Part shown: positions 58,713-64,000 of the stretch, piece after piece
How positions within the stretch are numbered: the first letter of the stretch is position 1
Layout: each line of letters opens with the position of its first letter
NCBI GenBank assembly: GCA_963663765.2
Contig: CAXXUA010000013.1
Span: forward strand, 160,001 to 224,000
Reading direction: 5' to 3'
Length of the DNA: 64,000 nucleotides
DNA from: Candidatus Poribacteria bacterium
GTDB lineage: Bacteria; Poribacteria; WGA-4E; WGA-3G
Program-made: the position numbers and the translations under genes
Notes under the pieces: model-generated
Told to the model about the DNA's origin: nothing
Databases searched by the model: none
The model's input: only the letters and a program-made list of their open reading frames with translations

Positions 58713-60074
58713 TTAGTTTCTTGCTTCCTCATCTGTTACGCGGCGTTGTCCACTGCCTTTATATTGTGCAGTTTCTATGGTAGGAGTCTCTTCTCCTGCT
58801 TCAACCATCCGTCTAATGAGTCGTTCTCTCATCGTTTGTGCGACATTTTCATGGGATTTATTTTCGATGAGATTCCGTAATTCGTAAGGGTCTGCTTGAA
58901 GGTCATAAAGGTATTGTTCCTCGTAGACATCAGATCCTGCACCACTTCTACCACTATTTTTGGGTGCATCTACACAGTATTTCCAACGTTGTGTTCGGAC
59001 AGCGCGTCCTACTTGCGCTTCACTAATTTGGACAAATACTTCTTCGTCCCAATCATCTGACTCACCTCGTAGCAGCGGCAGGATAGACCGACCTTGCATT
59101 ACATCTGGTACTGCAATACCAGCAGCATCCAGAAGTGTCGGTGGTAGATCCACAAGACTCACAAGTTGTTGTATCTGTCCACCTCCAATGAAATCTGCAC
59201 CGTGCAATGCAGTTGGCACGCGGATAGAACTTTCATGACAAGAACGTTTATATTCACTATTACGCGTCTTAAAATGACAGCCATGGTCAGAAGTGAACAA
59301 AATGATAGTGTTCTCAAGTAGATTAAGGCTTTTGAGTGCATCTAACAACCTACCAAGTGCTTCATCAAGTCTTTTTACCATGCCGTAATAGCCGCCTAAG
59401 TGCTGGTGTGTTGACCCACCCAGCGCGGCGAGGTCAGGTGGTATCCATTTACCCGTATACCTTTCCCGGTACCCATCAGGTGGCGGATAGTCATCTAAAT
59501 GGTTCTGATGATGCGGTTCTATATATGATGTAAAAAGGTAAAAAGGATCGTCTTTATTTTGGTCAACATACCGGATCACAGCATCAGTTACGGCGTCAAC
59601 ACGATAACCGGGCAGGTCAATGGGTTGATTATCATTATTGAATAACCTTGTCCGATATGCATCGGATGTCATCTCCAGCACATTAGAGGCTAACCAGTAA
59701 TCATAACCGCCGCGATGTTCTTCTGGAACAGGTCCTGTGCTGCCACTATGAAGGTGCCATTTACCGATATAACCAGTGTTATAACCAGCATCCCCGAAAT
59801 GATGTGCAAGTGTTTTTAAGTCAGGTGACAATGGGATTCCGTTGCGGTAGCATCCAGTTGTTGTAGCGTATAGACCTGTTTGCAGACATGATCGTGCAGG
59901 ACCACATACAGGTTGGCATGTAAAAGAGCGACGGACATGCGTGCCTTGCTGTGCCATCCGGTCGAAATTAGGTGTTAAATCCAGTGGATTCCCGTGCAAT
60001 CCAGATGTGTCCCACCGTTGTTGGTCAGTGAAAAAGACAATGACATTCGGTTGCTGTGCGTCAGATTGGGGCAT
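58713..60074 (-). CDS. Formylglycine-dependent sulfatase
   Basis: PNVIVFFTDQQR, CGPAR (CxPxR), GKWH, SDHG, LYDLQADPYE. Confidence 0.95.
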   Translation of the reverse strand: MPQSDAQQPNVIVFFTDQQRWDTSGLHGNPLDLTPNFDRMAQQGTHVRRSFTCQPVCGPARSCLQTGLYATTTGCYRNGIPLSPDLKTLAHHFGDAGYNTGYIGKWHLHSGSTGPVPEEHRGGYDYWLASNVLEMTSDAYRTRLFNNDNQPIDLPGYRVDAVTDAVIRYVDQNKDDPFYLFTSYIEPHHQNHLDDYPPPDGYRERYTGKWIPPDLAALGGSTHQHLGGYYGMVKRLDEALGRLLDALKSLNLLENTIILFTSDHGCHFKTRNSEYKRSCHESSIRVPTALHGADFIGGGQIQQLVSLVDLPPTLLDAAGIAVPDVMQGRSILPLLRGESDDWDEEVFVQISEAQVGRAVRTQRWKYCVDAPKNSGRSGAGSDVYEEQYLYDLQADPYELRNLIENKSHENVAQTMRERLIRRMVEAGEETPTIETAQYKGSGQRRVTDEEARN

Positions 60075-60111
60075 ATATCTGTTTTCCTCTCTCTTTGTAA
60101 TTTCTATTCAC

Positions 60112-60140
60112 ATTTTATTGTATTTTCTTATGTGTGTCAA
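60112..60140 (-). promoter_or_regulatory. Promoter of the sulfatase-dehydratase-(lysA) operon
   Basis: TTGACA-17 nt-TAAAAT. Confidence 0.75.
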
Positions 60141-60219
60141 GGAGGATTTGCAAATCGTATAGAGAGATATATTCAAATGTCGATTAATCGGAATTTCTAA
60201 CCTCACTTACCTAAGGTTA

Positions 60220-60325
60220 GAGCGCCCTCCTGGTCGCGACCGGGAGGTTAAAAAAATATGAATGCCATATAGGCAATCCCCTCCTACAGTAGTCGGGGAA
60301 ATCGGGGTTGAAAACCCCTCCTACA
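60220..60325. repeat. Cluster of REP-like arms
   Basis: GAGCGCCCTCCTGGTCGCGACCGGGAGG and GGGGTTGAAAACCCCTCCTAC; related arms at 30198, 31603, 52654, 60670. Confidence 0.75.
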
Positions 60326-60645
60326 AGAGTGCTTTTCAACAATTGAGTGCTTTTGATTCTGATTCTTGTCACAAAAGTGAAATATTTTAGTTGTTTTTTT
60401 CGTGATTTTTGTGTTTTTTTCATAGGTATTCTCGATCGTGTCGTGGTGTGGATTTATGTGGGTTATCTGTTTTTGCTGAATTTCAAAAAAAACAACTAAA
60501 TGTGTTTTTTGTCGTTTTTCTGTTTGTATATTTATGTTCTTGTTTTTTAGCAATAGTAACATCAATCATTTATGGTGAATTAAGGTCTAAAAGTTAGGAT
60601 TTCATTTGCTCGTATGGGTAATATTATACCATTTTCATGTGATAA

Positions 60646-60761
60646 TGTCTCATTAGTAGCGGAAATCTGGTAGGAGCGACCTCCCAGTCGCGACCGGGAG
60701 GTCGCTCCTACCGAAGAGAGTAACCCCCTGCCAGTAAACAGTAGAATTCCTTAATGAGACA
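60646..60761. mobile_element. MITE (TIR TGTCTCATTA) carrying a perfect GTAG REP doublet
   Basis: TGTCTCATTA / TAATGAGACA; internal GGTAGGAGCGACCTCCC...GGGAGGTCGCTCCTACC. Confidence 0.7.
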
Positions 60762-60905
60762 AGATTTATTAGAATTGGTATTATATCATACTGTTGTGTG
60801 GGTTTGTTGTGTTTTTGTTTTGAGAACAATAGATAACCTGATAAATCTATTGTGATTCTATTGTTGAAATTTCCCTTTGCATAAATGTTGTTGATTCTAT
60901 TCAGA

Positions 60906-62723
60906 TTAAACTTCAGTATATCCATTGGGTAACGGTTTTCCGCTGACGAGTGCAGATTTCAATGGACGTATATGTCTACAACTGCCACGATACTCAAACC
61001 CGGGACAATCACAGGTTATATCTGCACCGACTACTTCTAAAGTATAAAATTTACCTTTACTCGATGAACTTTCAGCATGATATGTAGTACGTTCAGGACC
61101 AGTTAGCACTTGTGCTAAGATTTTGATAGCTTCTTCTGAATATGGGTTTAGTTGTTTGCTTGTTGCTTCTTCAAGATGTGATGCGTTTTCTTCAAGATAT
61201 GCATCACCTGCATTTTGGAGTACACTTTGAATATCTGATTCTTTCAGTTTTGAGGTCTCAACGGACAATGCGTTCATCATTCTTTTGAGTTCACTGAGAA
61301 CGTCCATCTTTAGTGCTACCTCACCACCAGGAACCAATATTGAACCTTCAACGATGGAATCCATCAATGCTGCTTTTGTTTCCAATACTGTTTTTACGAA
61401 GGAATCAATCGTACCACTTGCGATCATATAGGTAACGTTTACAGTTCCTGTTTGACCGATACGATATGCGCGATCCTCTGCCTGCCAGTGATTTGCAGGC
61501 ACCCAATCTAAATCGTTAAATACCACTTGTCTTGCAGCAGTAAGATTTATCCCTACTCCTGCAATGTGCATATTTGCAACGAAGATTCTGATATCATCAT
61601 CGTTTTGAAACTGATCAACGCGATCCTGCCGTTTATCTGTTGGAACTGCACCTGAAACGTAAACCGCCCGATCCTTGAAGTGCTTTTGAAAACGTTGCAT
61701 TGTGTTGAGAAAGGAAGTGAAGATGATTACCTTTTCTCCCTGTTCCAATGCATTTTCGACGAATTTTATCGTATGCCGACATTTGACAAAAGCAATAGCA
61801 CGACGAACTTGAGTTATTCTTCCCATTCCTGTTCCTAAATCTGTAGCGTCTATTGATTCATTGATTTCATCGCTTTGTGCTGTTGATATTCCGATGGATT
61901 CTGGTAATCCAGCAATGGCTTCTGGTGTCTCAAATTTAGATATGAATTCTTGTACTAATCGATTATAGTGCTGTATAGCATAAGGGTGTAGTTCAACGTC
62001 CATCCATGTTCGAACTTTCGGTGGTAGGTCTAATACCTCGTCTTTGGTTCGTCGTAGCATCACACCATGTAATTGGACGGTTAGTTCTTCAATGTTGCTT
62101 GCGCCATCTGCAACTAACCCAAAATCCCCTTGATATGCTTCACAGTATCTTTTTGCAAAACTGAGAAAACTCTTACCAAGTGAATGGTTTAGTAGTTGTA
62201 GGAGCGGAAATAAGTCACGTGGCCGGTTGGTCATTGGAGTGCCAGTAAGCGTATGGACAACAGGTTCATTTTCAATCTCATGGACGAGTTTAGAAGCGTT
62301 TTGACTACGTTGACTTTGGTAGTTTTTAAGAAAATGTGCTTCATCAAAAACAACACCTTTCCAGTCAAATTCCAAGATCTTGTCAAGGTTTTTACCAAGT
62401 ATTTCGTAGTTGACAATCACCCAACCATTGAAATCTGTTGAAGGAAGGGGTTTGGGTCCAACAATTGCAGTTTCAGCAGCGGGTAGTACAATTTCTATTT
62501 CGCGTACCCAGTTGCGTTTGATAGATGCAGGACAAATGACAAGATATGGACCATCGGGTTCAGCTTCTACCATTGCCAAGATAGATTGTCGGGTTTTGCC
62601 TAAACCCATATCGTCAGCAAGGAGTGCGCGGCGACGACCCAAAAGGAATGCAATACCTTCTATTTGATGTGGAAATAAACCTTCGGCAATTTCTTCAGCA
62701 CGTTTTACACTATTTTCCTGCAT
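60906..62723 (-). CDS. SNF2-family (SMARCAL1/HARP-like) helicase with C-terminal SWIM finger
   Basis: LADDMGLGKT, DEAH, LTGTP, GINL, QAEDRAYRIGQ; CDC...CRH. Confidence 0.92.
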   Translation of the reverse strand: MQENSVKRAEEIAEGLFPHQIEGIAFLLGRRRALLADDMGLGKTRQSILAMVEAEPDGPYLVICPASIKRNWVREIEIVLPAAETAIVGPKPLPSTDFNGWVIVNYEILGKNLDKILEFDWKGVVFDEAHFLKNYQSQRSQNASKLVHEIENEPVVHTLTGTPMTNRPRDLFPLLQLLNHSLGKSFLSFAKRYCEAYQGDFGLVADGASNIEELTVQLHGVMLRRTKDEVLDLPPKVRTWMDVELHPYAIQHYNRLVQEFISKFETPEAIAGLPESIGISTAQSDEINESIDATDLGTGMGRITQVRRAIAFVKCRHTIKFVENALEQGEKVIIFTSFLNTMQRFQKHFKDRAVYVSGAVPTDKRQDRVDQFQNDDDIRIFVANMHIAGVGINLTAARQVVFNDLDWVPANHWQAEDRAYRIGQTGTVNVTYMIASGTIDSFVKTVLETKAALMDSIVEGSILVPGGEVALKMDVLSELKRMMNALSVETSKLKESDIQSVLQNAGDAYLEENASHLEEATSKQLNPYSEEAIKILAQVLTGPERTTYHAESSSSKGKFYTLEVVGADITCDCPGFEYRGSCRHIRPLKSALVSGKPLPNGYTEV

Positions 62724-62750
62724 GCAGTATTCCTTATGGAGGGGAATATC

Positions 62751-63716
62751 TTATCTATCAACGAGCCAAAAATCACCTTGACTGACAGTACTGAGGTGCT
62801 TCATCATCACCGCTCCAGGGAAATTTGGTGCCATACCTATACCCATTGAAAAAATGCGACCGTTACCTGTTGCATGCTCCCCTATACGTTTTAGGTCTGG
62901 TGTGCTGATACTGGTAGGAATTCCATCGCTAAACAGAACAACAATTGTGGGTGTGGATTTTGCTGTATCTGTCAAAGTAGTCAGCATATCGTGGTCGGTA
63001 CCCCTTGTATGTATCCGCGATTTTATGCTTGCCAGATATGCTGTTGAACTCTTTATTGTGTCTTCAGTGACTGTAACAAAACCTTTCTGATAACTTACCA
63101 ACTCGGCACTAAATGCCAGAATATTAAAACTGTCGTGAGGTTCGAGGAAGGTGAGTGAATCTTGCATTATGTTTATAATCCTGTTGAATTTCCAATCAGA
63201 GTAGTTTTGCACACTGGTAGATAGGTCTATACAATAGATAATGCGCTGCGGTCCCTCTTGTGCTTCAATAAACTTTACCAAACGACTCTTTTTTCTTTCT
63301 GGTGTTTTCTGCAGTTTCTGTATTGGAATTTCAACACCGCGTTGTATACTGGGGACATCTTTTATTTCTATCTGTGTGGGACCGGGGGCTATTCCTTCTC
63401 CTATATTAACTTGGTCGGTTGTTTGAAAGGCAGTGGGTTCTGCTGCTGAAACAACTCCGCGATGTGTTACAGGTTGGTTGCTTGTGAGTATCTTCAGTCT
63501 TGGCTGATTCGTAGTTGGTGTGTTCTCTCGTTTGATTTGTGTGCGTTTTGGTGGTGTGAGCCGTTTTTTTGGTGGATCGGCTTTTGTGAAGATTGCATCC
63601 ATTGTGTCTGCATAGTTGGATGGTGCAACGTTAAACCAGTAATAGATTCCAATTACTCCAACGATGAGATGTAATGCGAATGAAATGAGTAGTGATGTGC
63701 TTGACTTATATTTCAT
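62751..63716 (-). CDS. Membrane-anchored VWA-domain protein
   Basis: SFALHLIV TM, Pro/Thr linker, DLSTS MIDAS, FNILAF, FSDG. Confidence 0.8.
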   Translation of the reverse strand: MKYKSSTSLLISFALHLIVGVIGIYYWFNVAPSNYADTMDAIFTKADPPKKRLTPPKRTQIKRENTPTTNQPRLKILTSNQPVTHRGVVSAAEPTAFQTTDQVNIGEGIAPGPTQIEIKDVPSIQRGVEIPIQKLQKTPERKKSRLVKFIEAQEGPQRIIYCIDLSTSVQNYSDWKFNRIINIMQDSLTFLEPHDSFNILAFSAELVSYQKGFVTVTEDTIKSSTAYLASIKSRIHTRGTDHDMLTTLTDTAKSTPTIVVLFSDGIPTSISTPDLKRIGEHATGNGRIFSMGIGMAPNFPGAVMMKHLSTVSQGDFWLVDR

Positions 63717-63769
63717 TGTGATATGCTACAGAATAGAATTCGGTTTTAATTGCTAATAATTGTCTTTCA

Positions 63770-64000
63770 TTATTGCCATCTCTCAACAACAACCTTTTTC
63801 TGTGTGAAGAAATCAACAGCGTCCCAACTTTGTCCGTGCAGATCTCCAAAGAAACTGTCCTTCCAACCGCTGAATGGGAAGAACGCCATAGGAGCTGCTA
63901 CACCGATATTTATACCGATATTTCCGATCTGTGCTTCATACCTAAATTTGCGTGCTGCTGCTCCACTTCTCGTGAATAAACATGCCATATTCCCATAGTT
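63770..64000 (-). CDS. mmsA: CoA-acylating methylmalonate-semialdehyde dehydrogenase, C-terminal part (runs off the window)
   Basis: [54 protein letters not shown]. Confidence 0.9.
   Translation of the reverse strand, partial: NYGNMACLFTRSGAAARKFRYEAQIGNIGINIGVAAPMAFFPFSGWKDSFFGDLHGQSWDAVDFFTQKKVVVERWQ

Noticed and set aside
60217-60925. Short ORFs in the sulfatase-SNF2 intergenic region
   Set aside because: They arise from T-rich low-complexity DNA and REP/MITE sequence

Overview
AT-rich bacterial chromosomal window of about 50 genes. Gene style (sulfatase, DUF4038/GH-like proteins, VWA and TPR proteins, lineage-specific secreted proteins) suggests a Candidatus Poribacteria-like sponge symbiont; this is inference only. 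It holds three housekeeping blocks: tatA-tatC-DUF164-cupin-pgeF-yggS-proC-yggT-'ileS'-lspA; fmt-PASTA-rpe-rsmE-mtaB; and rpsB-tsf-frr-cdsA-dxr-rseP-udg-priA, which lacks pyrH and uppS. It also holds trpS, a plant-type lysA, carbohydrate/sulfate catabolic genes, one decayed IS701, three IS630 elements, and many MITEs that carry REP-like palindromes nested inside them. Best leads: (1) an intact 866-aa IleRS-like ORF at the canonical ileS-lspA position that has lost HIGH, KMSKS and editing motifs but keeps its CxxC pairs, a candidate pseudo-synthetase; (2) a single-promoter TPR - Pol-beta nucleotidyltransferase - DUF262 operon with no nuclease domain, a candidate anti-phage system; (3) REP-in-MITE 'Russian doll' elements from several IS families; (4) an RRF with a Gly/Ser/Arg-rich insertion, a DXR with a DSEH-to-DGEM change, and a candidate switchable leader RNA. 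No rRNA, tRNA or CRISPR array was seen. All family calls come from motif recognition by eye, not database searches.
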